A DNA stretch of 64,000 bases. Origin: the human T2T-CHM13v2.0 reference genome, Homo sapiens. The position numbers and the translations under genes were made by a program. The notes beneath the pieces were generated by a model. That model saw only the letters and a program-made list of their open reading frames with translations. It had not been told where the DNA came from and ran no database searches. Each line of letters starts with the position of its first letter. Positions within the stretch are counted from its first letter, which is position 1. This document shows, one piece after another, positions 1 through 17,452 of this stretch. The stretch lies in assembly GCF_009914755.1 (NCBI RefSeq), contig NC_060937.1; one strand, given 5' to 3'.

Positions 1-480
1 GCTGCCTATGGATGCACAGAGACCAATAGTATGTGGCACTGGCTTTTGAGGAAAAAAAAAAAGGCTTTATTGCAAAACTGGTAAGTGAGAAAATAGGAAC
101 AGATTCAAATCTGTCTCCCCAGTTTAGGTTCTAAGGCAACTCTTAAGGGATCAGAGGGCCAGGAAAAGGATTTAGGAATGTTGGCTTGGCAGGGTCTGAT
201 TGGAGAGCTGCACATTTGACCATTTGTGGAAAGGTATATTGATGCAGATTGTAGCCTCAGATCTTCTGGGCCAATGAACCCTTTTTTTTGGTCACATCCC
301 AGTCTTCTTGGTTCTGAGGGGAGGATTCTTTGGTTGTGGGGATTGTTAGAAATCAAGCTTTTTCTATTGCACATGACCAGGCTACATGTCTTGCAGTCTC
401 TGAATCTGTTACACCTAAAAGGTACTTGACATTTTGTTATTGACAGAGTAGGCCCAGTTTGGGCTGGTCCTGTGGTTGTA
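1..480. mobile_element. Probable LTR remnant, family not assigned; runs off the window start
   Basis: Higher-GC block with LTR-like wording (ggctttattgc...caaatctgtctcccc...gggctggtcctgtggttgta); recognition by eye only. Confidence 0.35.
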
Positions 481-2567
481 GCTTCTCTATTTGGGTTTCT
501 AAATTATGGTCTCCAAGCCACTTAAGGAGGAAAATCTTAAAAACCAGGATTACTCTGTGTTGTCATTTTATTAAAACATAATTTGATGGAAGCCATATTT
601 GTCTTGGAAATTAGCTTGGTTAATTTACATGAATATTAAAATGTGCCATGGTCTTTACTATAATTGGATCATTTTAGGTTACCTTATCACCTACCTTTGA
701 CCCAGGTATCCTGCCCAGGAGGAGAGCCATGCTGGCTGGGTACCAACCAGTTGCCATGCCAAAGGAGTATCCTGATTAATGTAGTTGGGGTTAGCCTTGG
801 AGTCAGGTGGGCTAATTCCCACAGAAATTACTGTGGACTTACAATGAAAGAGTTATGGAAAGGATTTTAGGGAGACAGTCACATGTCTACTTTGTTTAAC
901 ACACAGCATAGTCACCAGCAAATATTCAAAAAGTTCCATGCCTTAATGAAATCAAGATATTATACTATGGAGAGACACAAACTCAAGTTAGTTGCCAGAC
1001 TTCAAAAAATGTCATCTTTTAAAAGTAAACTTAAAATATATCTAACACATATTGTGATATAAAACTACAAAAAGTGAGCTGAACATCATCCCATGATGAA
1101 ACATATAGATATTAATGACATACATTGTGGGCTTTTCATGATAAATTGATGGGAGCTAGATTGTTGGATTTTCAGAAGACTTTGAGAGGGTGAGTGGAGC
1201 CCAGCAGGGAGCAGCGTCCTGGAAGATAGACAACCTTAGAGGAAAGAAAGTGTGAGAAGGTGTCAACCCAGCACACTCATGTTTTCCTCTCCTTTATGTT
1301 AGTTTTTTTCTCTTCTTTTTTTTTTTTCCATTAAGGATTAGGAGATCAGCAAGCTATTAATATGTTCAGATCGCATTGACCTATTGATAAAAAGTCATAA
1401 TTGTAGGACAGATTTGTAAATACTTTTTTTCTTGGCTAAGATCTGAGTAAGGTAAATAGAATTTTGAAGAGAGTATGTTTTTGTTGATATTTTGTAAGAT
1501 TTCAAGAAGCATATCTCTTTTAATTAAAGCAGTGTAAACACAACTAATGAATGTGCCATATAGAGCATGTTGTATTCCATGAGGGAATCTTGGTATTTAG
1601 TATATTTATGTTGCAGTTTTAACACATGAAAAGGAATTTGACCAGAGTTGTGATTCTTTTTTAAATAGAAATTTATATAAGATCTTTATCCCACCCATTT
1701 GGCTTCTTTGTTTTGAGAAGTTAATGTTCTCCAGCCCTCTCTCCTTTAATGTATTAGGTTGGTGCAAAAGTAATTGTGGTTTTGCCATTAAAAGTAATGG
1801 CAACATATTAAGAAAAGTAGTACTAGCTGTTAGAGATGGCAGAATACTTGTGTTAGCAAGGTTCTTCTCTCTCAGGGCTTTCCATCTTATGTCATTATGA
1901 CTGGTGACCTATATTATATTTTCTTTAAATTTTAACGGAAGCTGAAGCAGAGTACTTTGGGGGACTTACTTTTATTTAATATTTTCACAGTGTTCAGCAA
2001 GACAGACATAACCTCCACTTTTGGAGAGCTGTTACTTTAGCTGGGAAAAAGGTTGTAAATGAGTGATTATATAAATAAAATTGCTATTGTGATAAGTACT
2101 CTGATCCGAACAGGGTTAAAGTTAAGATTATATCAAAGAGTTCTAATCTGCATTTGGGAGACAAGAAAGGCTTTCCTCAGAACTTGATTTTAAACTGAAA
2201 TCTGAACAATATGTAGAGTTAGCTAAGCAGTGAGGGTTAGGAGGAAAATAGTTGAACATATATAAATACAGATTCCTTTTTTGTATGTGATTATGCTTAG
2301 TGTTATTTAAAGCAAAGGATTAGTGAGTGGTTATACAGTCCTGGAGCTCAGAAAAACAGTCTAGTCTGACAATAAAGTTTTGTTTTCTGTTCTTTCATCA
2401 CTTCTTGCCTGCTTAATTATCCCCCCCTTACATTTTTTTAAAAAGATACTCTTTCTGATTTGCATTCTTCGAAGTTGTTTGGTTACAATTCCAGATTATA
2501 TCATTTTCAATAGCAGTTGAGCATCTGGATTGGAGCTCATGGTGCTCTTTGTGTAGACCATAAAATA

Positions 2568-2912
2568 CAGTCATGTGTGGCTGAACAATGGGGATATGCT
2601 CTGAGAATGCAATAGGTGATTTCATCTCATTGGGTGAACATCGTAGACTAATTTCACAAACCTAGATGGTATAGCCTACTACATACCTTGGCCGTATGGT
2701 ATAGCCTACTGCTCCTAGGCTATAAACTTGTACAGCATGTTACTGTACTGAATACTGTTGTAACACAATGGTGAGTATTTGTATATATAAACATAGAACA
2801 AGTACAGTAAATCTTATTTACTTAATTAAGTAAATAAGATATAATCTTATGAGGCCACTATCTTATATGTGTCCCATCGTTGAACTAAACGTCATTATGT
2901 GGCATACAACTG
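2568..2912 (-). mobile_element. Tigger3a (Golem)-like non-autonomous TcMar DNA transposon
   Basis: Degenerate inverted ends cagtcatgtgtggc / gtggcatacaactg, TA on both flanks, about 345 bp. Confidence 0.85.
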
Positions 2913-3829
2913 TACAGATATGTTCTGTCATACTAACAAGAAATGTTTTTACTAGCAGAAGATATACCTGTGTTATATTATAAAATTTAAAACCACATCA
3001 CTTTGTTTTCAAAACAAGAAGCTGAAAATTAGGCATGATTTGCTAACTTGCAGCTTTTACATTAATATTTATTTTCAGCTTATAGATTTGTTTCCTAATG
3101 GTTCATATTTTTGCTTTGTCATATGCTAGCTCCCACTAGCAGGAAAGTGTCTAGAGACAGCAGAGGTTTAGTGGAAAAGACATTTGGAAAATAACCCTAA
3201 ATTTAAGAAAATTCTAATTTGCCAAATTGAGTGTTTATATGAGAACGACTGCCATAAGTCAGTTTTATTGGTAGAAAATCTAGCTCAGTATGCTGAGCAG
3301 CACTATTTAATGGGTACATTTCTTCTGAGCTGTAGGTTTAGAACACTTAGGCTGTCTGCAGAGATCTCTTATCACCTGCTATTAATTCCTAGGAGCACAG
3401 ATGAGGTAGCTCACCTTCTTCTTGGGTAACTTCAATGAGTAGCTTGACTCTGCTATTTGATTTTATTGTAATTCTAATCTGTTTTTTTTTTCCCCTAAAT
3501 CAGGTGTTAAAAAGGTGACACAGAATGATATACTCTAAGGTTTTTCTTTTTTTTTTTTTGGGTGGGGGGCAGGGGTCATAGTATCTTAGAGTTAGAAGGA
3601 GCCTTTGTCATCTGCTCTAATATTCCACTGAGGACAAGAGGTTCATGATATATAGATTGACTATTTAATTTTACAAAATTGGAACATGATGAATTGGGTG
3701 GGACCCTGGAACAACAAGTATAAAGTGGAAGTATCTTGGGAAAAACAGGTGTATGCTCACTCTAGTTATACCACAGCCTTGCCAGATCATCATCCAAACT
3801 CTGCATGAAAGTATTTGTTGCTTCACTAA

Positions 3830-4141
<312 letters not shown>

Positions 4142-6397
4142 AAGTTTTTTATTGAGCTAATATTTATCTCATTGCAATGACTCTTATTCCTGGATCTGCC
4201 CTCTGATGCTAAATATAGTAATAATATGATAGTATACATATTCATTGGTTTTTTAGATCACTTTTTTTTACTACTTTAAAAATGATTTTTTAAAAATTAC
4301 AGTTCTCTTCCTGTAGGTCTAACCTACATCCAAATTAAAACAGAAAAGAAACGAGAAGAGGTCACATTGCTGGCTGACCCACCAGACTCTAATGTAGTGC
4401 ACTGCTTGCCAAGCAACACTTGATAGCACATCTACACATTCTTATCTTGGTTCTTTTAGAGAACATTCAGTGAGGTCTCTAGCTTCTCAAAAGGAAAGCA
4501 TCCAGTTATTACATTAATGTTTTATCACCTTAAGATAGAATGAAAGGTTATTATATAGGATACATGCCAATAAAAGTAAAAGAAACAATCTTTATGCACT
4601 GGAAGGCTGTACTTCCAGCTAGAGTTAATCATAATGCTTACAGTTTTCTTGTTATTAAAAATGCTCAGTATATATCTATAAAGACTAGCCACAAATGCTT
4701 TTAAGAGAGCTCTGTTGTCATTTTTTTTTCTTTAGACAAAAAACAATTTCGGTTCATTCACTATACAACTTTTCACCACCCTGGTTGATACATTAAAGAC
4801 AGTTTTGTTTTCATGTGCTATATTGCCCACAGTTTTTCAGGAGGCTCATAAGTAGGAAGAGCAGGAATGATGGCTTTTGAGGTGATGTATAAATAGGGCA
4901 CAGAGCTTAGGCATCACTGTATACAAGTAGGTCCCCTCCTCTCCTGTCTCCCCTCTCCTCCCTTTTTTGCTGTTTAGATGATTGTTAATGAATGTCAAAT
5001 AGAACCATTGGAGAACATGATTAAGAGAAATTATTCTCAAGTAGAATTGTCTAATTTGATAAATATGACTTTATTTTAACCCTCGTGATGGATTTGTTTA
5101 AAAGGCAGTCAAAGTTGGTTAATTCACAGAGGCAATTTTATTGCCGGCAAAGATATCAAAATTACAGAATTTTATTTAAAGTAAATTGAAAGTTATATAT
5201 GCTACAGTAGGCAGAGGTTGTTGACTGAGTTAGTGGGTTTTACTGTTGATGCATGGTAATATTCACATATTATAATTTTGTCAAAACCGTAGGTGTTAGC
5301 TAGGGCAGTTGAAATAAATTAGGGCATGTTTTATAGGCTCCAAAGCCTTATTTTGGAGCTTATATATAAAAGTGTTTGTAGTTATTCCTTTCATTTTAGT
5401 TATTTGAGTAAATTTTGACAGTTTTTGAAAGTAAGTTGGTCATTCTGGGGAGCACATTTATGTATTCAATGTAGTAAAGAGTGTTTTTTTTGAGAAACTG
5501 GAAGACTGCTGTTTTGCATATAAGATTTTTCGTTTGTAAAGCTCGCTGTATCTGCATTTGCAGCTTTAATAAGAGATGTGGAAAAGTGGTTTTCCCTTTT
5601 TGACACCTTCACAATTAATTGTTTAGGTGATATTAACAAGTAGACATCTGTATTACACTTTTATTGGGCTTACCTTGCTGATCTAACATTTTTGGTCTTA
5701 AAATATTATCAGTTAAAGATAATTAAGTGAGGAATTCTCCTGGATACCATGTAGTAGGAAGACATGGGAGACGGATGGTAATACCAAGTGCAACATGTCA
5801 CTAGTCAAGAGGGTAGTCATTTAGTGCCTACTTGGAAAAGTGCTGCAAGAAATATAAACTTCATTAGGCTCATAATCATAAAATTCACTTACGATTATTT
5901 GGTTTTTGAATTCAATTTATGTGAATTGATCTCATTATGTAAATCTTAATGTTATGATGTTTGTGGAAAGAGTGGTCTTAGTAACTTCATAAATGATTTT
6001 AGGCATGGTTATGACAGTTTTGTTAAGTTATAATACATTCACTATCTCACAAAAATGTTTTGCTAGTGTGATCATTTACCAAGACATGGAAAAAGCAATG
6101 TGTAGTAAATTGACCTCTTGTTTTACTTTGCATTTACTTATTTATTTCAGAGATGAGTGACTACTGATTGGATTGTTAGAGAGTACCACATAATTTCTCT
6201 TTAAGGTGATGAAATAAACTAAATAAAAGGGAAGAAGTGGGAGAATAGTATTTGTTAAATCCTTCAGTGTGTTGGTTGTTATATTAGATGCTTTCCAAAT
6301 ATTATTTTACAAGCCTATGAGGATTTTGGCTGCATTCAGAGCTAATAGGTGAACACTAAGACATGGAGAAGATTTTATCAGAGGTCCTAAAAGGTAG

Positions 6398-6730
<333 letters not shown>

Positions 6731-7350
6731 CAACATGCTGTTCTTTCTAAATTCCAAAATTCATGTTCATTTTGCTACATCACATTCAAATTGGTATGTA
6801 TACTAGCTTTGTGACAAAATTTATTTGGGAGATTATTTTTAACATTGAATTTCTTAGAGTAACAGGAATAAATTAAAATATGAAAATTAAATAATATGGA
6901 AAACTAGTAGTTTCTTTTGAAATAGAGATTCCAGTTTTAAAAGTATCTTAAAAATTTTTAATAAGACTTTTTGCCAGATATATTTAAGGATCAAAGTACT
7001 TCTTGATGAATCACTTTTTATCGTATTGATGCCTTTGACTCATCTTAGTTTGTCTGCATGTAGTTATTACCAATTCGTGAGGAATGGCCATTTCAAAGTT
7101 TACCATAAATGAAGTAAAACGTCTTCAGTCACACTGCTTGGCTTTAATTCCTTACTCTACTCTTTCTTACTGTTGTGACATATGGCAAGTTACTTTAGCT
7201 TCTGCACTTCCTGTTTGTTGTTTTCCTTTTATTGGTGATAATAACAGTCTCTGTCTCCTAGGATCTCCTAGGTTGTTGTGGAGATTCAGTTAAGTAATTC
7301 AAGATCTCAACATGTTATTAGCATTTATTAACTCTCAAGGAATTTGTTGA

Positions 7351-7812
<462 letters not shown>

Positions 7813-8433
7813 TAATTCAGCTTTCATTTCTGATTATTCTAGATTCACACATTTTTTCAGGAGGCTCATAAGTAGGAAGAGATGGTAGTAGAGATGGTAT
7901 TGTGGCTATGTTATTAGGATTTTTGCTTTTCTTTGTAGTATGTAATAACTCTACTGTTACAATTGCATACTTCCTCTTCCCCGTAGCACCAAACCTTCTC
8001 CTTCTACAGTCTCTCCGATTTCAATAAATGGCTTCAATAGGCCAGAAACCTTGGAGTCTTCTTTTGGTACCTGATTTTAAAATTACAGTAGGCCCCCTTA
8101 TCCAAGGGATGTGGTAGACCTTTGATATCTACTTTAGGATCATATGAATTTGTATTTATTTTGAATCATGATATTTTCTTTGTAAATTCTTAATTTGACC
8201 TTCCTCTTTATTGTAAAGAAACTGAAAATTCTGAACTTCTTAATAACTAAGTCTTTACAAATTGTTTTTTAAAAACTTTGAAATACTAGTGTGATTTTGT
8301 ATACTATCTAAAAATGCCATTTTCTTTGTGTTTGGCCAAAAAGCGATACTGTGTCTGAAATGATAAAATCAGCTTAAAATTTAAAAAATAATTAGCATTA
8401 CATTAATGTTTTGTTTTTCTTTTGTTCTCTTAG

Positions 8434-8599
8434 CTTCTTAATGAAGAGGATAACTCAGAATCATCGGCTATAGAGCAGCCACCTACTTCAAACCCAGCAC
8501 CGCAGATTGTGCAGGCTGCGTCTTCAGCACCAGCACTTGAAACTGACTCTTCCCCTCCACCATATAGTAGTATTACTGTGGAAGTACCTACAACTTCAG
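8434..8599 (+). CDS. NDFIP2: NDFIP2 coding exon 2 (166 nt): LLNEEDNSESSAIEQPPTSNPAPQIVQAASSAPALETDSSPPPYSSITVEVPTTS(D), with the first PPxY motif
   Basis: Polypyrimidine tract + TAG acceptor at 8431-8433; CAG|GTATGA donor; open frame with PPPY at 8554-8565; phase 0 in, phase 1 out, matching the next exon; peptide recognised as NDFIP2. Confidence 0.96.
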
Positions 8600-8694
8600 G
8601 TATGAAACATCTAGTAATGTTTTTATTAGTTCTTTTTTTTTTTTTTGTCATTTTGGTTTTGTGTAATTATCATGTCTGTTAATGGGCTTATAAA

Positions 8695-8810
8695 CATATA
8701 TACACATGGATATTTATATATGTATATACATACTGTGTGCACATATAAATATACAGATGTATACACACATATATATGTGTGTATGTATATATGTGTACGT
8801 ACTTATATAA
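8695..8810. repeat. (TA)/(CA)/(TG) low-complexity tract
   Basis: Alternating purine-pyrimidine run about 100 nt downstream of exon 2. Confidence 0.85.
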
Positions 8811-9280
8811 CCATAAAACAAGATGATGGTGAGTGTGAATGAGAATGTGGTATATGTGACTGTAGGTGAAGGGTGTACGTAGTGATATCCCATACATATG
8901 ATAATTACTGAATACAAGGCAATAATTCCTGTTTGCTACTGTTCATCTTATTCAGGTCACTCTAAAGAACTAATCTATTTTTCTGGCTACAATTTTTATT
9001 TCCTAAGCAATGATTAATTATTCAGTTTGATCAGTTTTGTATACCAGTGTGATTTAGTATACTATCTGATGATTCTTTAATTTTATATGTGATTATAACT
9101 TCTCTAGTCTAATAATTTCTAAATAAATTCTAAATAACTTCTCTAAATATTTTATATACTCATTATGAAACATTTTCATTTTAAAAATCAGTTACTGAAA
9201 AATATTTTAACAGAAAAAATTTTTCACTAGAACTTTTCATCTTATTCTGTATTTAACATCATCTACTGCTCTCAAATTAA

Positions 9281-9753
<473 letters not shown>

Positions 9754-10075
9754 TACTCCTTTTATTTGTATAAAATGTTTATTTGATGATTATGCTTGCT
9801 CATTGCCCAGTTTTATGCACAGTTTTTATGTTGATAACAATTTTGTCTTTAGCTATAAGATTTAACAGCTGGTTTGATGCCTGTTAAAATTTATTATATG
9901 CTAAATAGTAATTCTTCAATATTTTACAAGTTTTCACAATATAATAATAAGACTTTGCTACCTTAGATTAAAAAAATTAATTTGATTATAATTTTGAAGA
10001 AAGAAAATGAGTTGTTTTCCTACTGATGTTTGTCTGAGTAATGAAAGATACTATGAATAATTTTAAGAGTGCAAT

Positions 10076-10600
10076 TGTGATACCATTGCTATTGCTGTGT
10101 AACAAACTACCCAAAATATAATAGAGTAAAATATCAATCATTTATTACTGTTAATTCTTACTGTTCTGGGAGTGGACTGGACTGAACTATGCTCTTCTCT
10201 CCTAGAGTCTTATGTGACTGTTGTCTGATGGTGGCTGGGGTTGGAATTATCTCAAAAGCTTCTTTTTTCACAAGTTTGGTGGTTTATACTGGCTTCAGCT
10301 AGGACCACAGCTGGGGCTACTGGCCAAGACAGTTATATGTGGCTTCTTATTGTGGCTTACACTTCCTCAGTAGATGGTGGCTGGGTTCCAAGAACAAGCA
10401 TTCTGAGAGAAAGTCAGATGGAAGCTCTATCACCTATTATGATACTGTCTCAAATGTCACATGGTATCCCTTATGCCATATTTTGTTGTTAGAAATGAGT
10501 CACTAAGTTTAGTCCTTATTCAAGAGGAGAGGAATTCATCTCTACTTCTTGATGAGAGGAGTTTTAAAGAACTTGAAGACTAACTTTTAAAACTCTCACA
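10076..10600 (-). mobile_element. MLT1-type MaLR solo LTR
   Basis: gctattgctgtgtaacaaactacccaaa start and aatgagtcactaag...caagaggagaggaatt...aaaactctcaca end are typical of MLT1 LTRs. Confidence 0.75.
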
Positions 10601-10724
10601 ACTGCATACTTACCCTTCCCCGTAGCACCAAACCTTCTCCTTCTACGGTCTCTCCTATTTCAATAAATGGCTTCAGTAGGCCAGAAACCTTGGAGTCTTC
10701 TTTTGGTACCTGATTTTAAAATTA

Positions 10725-13480
<2,756 letters not shown>

Positions 13481-13664
13481 TATATGGTTTTTCTCTTTTA
13501 ATTTTTGATGAAATGAAATATGTTATTATATGTCTTTAAGCTAGGCCATCTCCATGTTCTGAAATACACACTTTTCATGCCATGTTCTAATCTCTTCTGG
13601 ATTTAGATTTGTGAATATTTTGAAGTTTTAGCAATATTAGTGAGATCTATAACTTATGCTCTTA

Positions 13665-14380
13665 GCAGATGGAGAGAAGAGGTGGAGCTGCTAAAACTTC
13701 AGACAGGAGATGCTGGTAGTATGACTAAGGTGCTGGTGGTGAAGAGTATGTGGATTCAAGCAATATGTGGGAAGTAAAAATCAATGCCTTGGTGACAGAT
13801 TGGATAAGGATGAGGGAGAAGGGGTTAAGAATGATGCCCAAGTATTACTGAAAAGGAACAGGTTTGGAATGAAGATCAAAATGTTATTTTTTGGCCATGT
13901 TGAATTTTAGGTGCCTTTGAGAACTAAAGAGGATATATCAAATAGGCAGTCAAGTGATAACAAATAGACCCACATCAAATAAGCCTGAAATTCAGAGGAG
14001 AGGTTTGGGCTAGAAATAAATGTTGTAAATCAACTGTGTATAGTTGGTAGTTGAATTCTTAATCCATGAATGAAATAGCAAGGAAGAGAGTAGAGAGGAG
14101 GAAGAAGTTGTCTATGCTGAGGAACTACAACATTTAACAGTGAGTAGGGGAATGTTAGCAGGTCAACAAAAGAGAAGCTGGAGAGTTATGAGAAACACTA
14201 GGATAGAGTCATCCAAGGACTTTCAGGAGAATGAAGTTAGATAAAGGGTAACACAAGAACCTTGAAGACTAGCAACACAAGTAAAGAAGAACTATTAGGC
14301 AGGTAGGAGAGGACTCTGAAAAGAATATTCTAGAAGCCAAGAGAGGAGAGAATTTTAAAAAGAAGTGGCTGGTCAAGAAT
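13665..14380 (-). mobile_element. L2 remnant
   Basis: Purine-rich L2 antisense wording (ttttggccatgttgaattttaggtgcctttgaga...aataggcagt...ttcagaggagaggtttgggctaga). Confidence 0.65.
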
Positions 14381-14394
14381 TTAAAAAGATTATA

Positions 14395-14630
14395 CCTAGC
14401 ACTTACTGTGTGCTTACTGCATACCTGCCCTTTCTCCCAAGTTCTTAGGTATATAGCTCATCTGATTTTCCAGCCATCCTGAGTAAATCACATCTGTAAA
14501 AATGAGGTTCATTTTACAGAGGAGAAAACAATCATGGAGAATTAAATAACTTGCCTGTGTTCACATAGCTTCTCAGTGGTAAAGACAGAATTCGAACTCA
14601 GAAGTATCTAATTCTAAAGTCCACAGTCAT
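14395..14630 (-). mobile_element. MIR remnant
   Basis: cattttacagaggagaaaac...aaataacttgcc...cacatagct core. Confidence 0.65.
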
Positions 14631-15094
14631 GTTTTATAATTGCGGTGTCCTGTGATTTTGGCTATTTGAAGATCACTGGTGACTTTTGCCATAATGGTTT
14701 CTTTGGAGTGTTACAAATAGAAACCTAGCATATAATGGGTTAAAAAGAGCACAGGTAGAGAGGAAGCAAAGACAGCAAGTGACTTTAATAACTAACAAAT
14801 GGAAGCATCACACATGCTCAAAATAGGGGAATCATTAAATACATTTTCAAATGATAGTATTTTTAAATATTGCATAAACATTAAAATTAGGTTTTTTGAA
14901 GGCTGTTTACTGATATCACACACTTTGAAATAGCAAATTTAAAAAGTAGAATATAAAATGACATATATGATGTGATCCCCATTATTTAAGAAATAGACGA
15001 ACATTTCCACGTAAAGGAAATTCCAAAATATGTTAAAAATAATCACTTAGTCTGGATGGTATAGTAATTGGGTTGTTTTCACTTTCTTTAAAGA

Positions 15095-16540
15095 TGGTCA
15101 TATGCTGCATAACAACATTTTGGCCAGCAACAGACTGCATGTGTATACAATGGTGCTGAAAAATTTCTGTCATCTAGTGACATGGTAGCTGTCGTAAGGT
15201 TGCACTACTCGGTGTTTGTGGCAGTGTTGGTGTAAACATATCCAATACTCTGTCGGTTGTGTACAAGTCTAACACATACAATTATGTACAGTATATAATA
15301 CTTGATAATGGTAATGACTATATTACTGATTTGTATATTTATTAATCTTAATTATTATTTTAGAGTGTATTCTTTCTACTTATAAAAAACAAATTAACTG
15401 TAAAACAGCCTCAGGCAGATCTTTTCAGGAGGTATTCCAGAAGGCATTTGTTATCATAGGAGATGACAGCTCCATGTGTGTTATTGCCCTTGACGACCTT
15501 CCAGTGGGACAAATGTGGAGGTGGAAGACAATGATATTGACGATCCTGACCCTTTGTAGGCCTAAGCTAGTGTGCGTGTTTGTGTTGCAGTTTTTAATAA
15601 AAAAGCTAGCCATGCACGGTGGCACATGCCTATAATCCCAGTACTTTGGGTGGCTGAGGTGGGAGGATCACAGCCTAGGAGTTTGAGACCAGCCTGGGCA
15701 ACTTGGCGAAACCCTCATCAACAAAAAATACAAAAATTAGCTGGGTGTGGCAATGCACACCCGTAGTCCCAGCTGCTTGGGAGTCTGAGGTGAGACAATT
15801 GATTGAGACTGGGAAGTTGAGGCTGAAGTGAGCTATGTGCCACTGCACTCCAGCCTGGGTGACTGAGTGAGACCTTGTCACACAAAAAAAAGTTTAAAAA
15901 ATTTAAAAAATAGAAAAAAGATTGTGGAATAAGGATATAAAAAAGAAAATATTTTTGTACACTGTACAATGTGTTTGTGTTTTAAGCTGTGTTCTTATAA
16001 AAGAGTCACAAAGTTAAATTTAAAAGTATATAAAGTAAAAATACAGAAAGCTGAGATTTATTATTGAAGGAAGAAAAATATTTTAAAATAAATCTAGGGT
16101 AGCCTAGGTGTACAGTGTTTATAAAGTCTACGGTAGTGTACAGTAATGTCCTAGGCCTTCACGTTCACTCGTCACTCACTCACTGACTCACCCAGAGCAA
16201 CTTCCAGTCTTCTAAGCTCTGTTCATTGTAGGTGCCCTATCCAGGTCGGCCACTTTATAATATTTTAGAACATATTTTTACTGTACTTTTTCTATGTTTA
16301 GATGTATTTATATAACACAGATACTTAACATTGTGTTGCAGTTGCCTAGAGTATTCAGTACAGTAATATGCTATACAGGTTTGTAGTCGGTGAGCAATAG
16401 GCTATATACCATATAGCCTAGTTATGTAGTAGGCTCTACACTCTAGGTTTATATAAGTACACTCTATGATGTTCCACAAAAACTAAATTGCTTAACACAT
16501 GTCTCAGAACATATCTGTGTTAGTAAGTGATGCATGACTG
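15095..16540 (+). mobile_element. Tigger3b (Golem)-like DNA transposon interrupted by an Alu
   Basis: Ends gtcatatgctgcataac / taagtgatgcatgactg-TA; about 1.15 kb without the Alu; terminal sequence shared in inverted orientation with the 2568-2912 element. Confidence 0.85.
15608..15891 (+). mobile_element. Alu (AluJ-like) inserted in Tigger3b
   Basis: Sense Alu dimer with A tail. Confidence 0.9.
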
Positions 16541-17452
16541 TATTTTAAACATGAGCTCTGCTAGATTTTGCAGAGATTATATTCTCCATTAGGTCACTTT
16601 TTGGCTAGTTTTTATAGATCTGAGTAACATAAATAATAATACGTGACATTTGTGTAATGCTTCACAGTTTACAGAGTCCTCTTGAATACTCTTCTATTTT
16701 ATCCCATAATAGCAAGTAATAGCCCTGCTGTGTCAGTTTTATGGATGAGAAAGTGGAGCTTCATAGTGCTTAAGTGATTAGCTTGAGGTCACACAACTTC
16801 TAAGAGGAGGATTTGGAGCTGGAGCTTGCCAGACTTTAAATCCTCTGGTTGAGAACCACTCTTTTAAAAGGGTAGATAAAAATAAGTAAAATTTAAAAGT
16901 GAAAATTAAAGCTGTAGCAATTGAGTTTTCCTACCCAACTTTCGTGTATTAGTGGTAGGGATTTTTTTTTTCTATCTTGAGTATTAAAACCTTTCAGAAA
17001 TTTACATTCTTGTTATTATAAAAGATCACATCTCCTTGGATAATGTGTGCCATTGTTCCAGTTTTTAAAATTTACAGTTTTAATGTTACTGCCTTAAAAT
17101 TTGTAAACATTGTTTTTACTTAGATTTTGCTTCTACTCTTTTAAAACTAAAGAAATCTGTTTACTTGACCACTTACGTTTTTACATCCTGATAATAAATC
17201 TTTTCTAAGAATTTGACTCTTGTCTCTTGTGTTTGGTAACATTCAGTATTATACTGCTAGTACCAATTCCATGTGATTAGATTAAAAATGACCTAACTTC
17301 AGGTCCTTAGCTCTTATTGATAGCACTAAAAATTGTTTTAAGACCTATATGCATGAAAATACAGTAGAAGTATTGCTAGAGTAAAATGTATTTTTAGGTT
17401 GAAAATGCAAGAAATTCTGTTAGACAAAATTGTAAACAAATGTAAAAAAATA

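Noticed and set aside
8430-8651. 73-aa minus-strand ORF
   Set aside because: Antisense shadow of NDFIP2 exon 2; no independent support.
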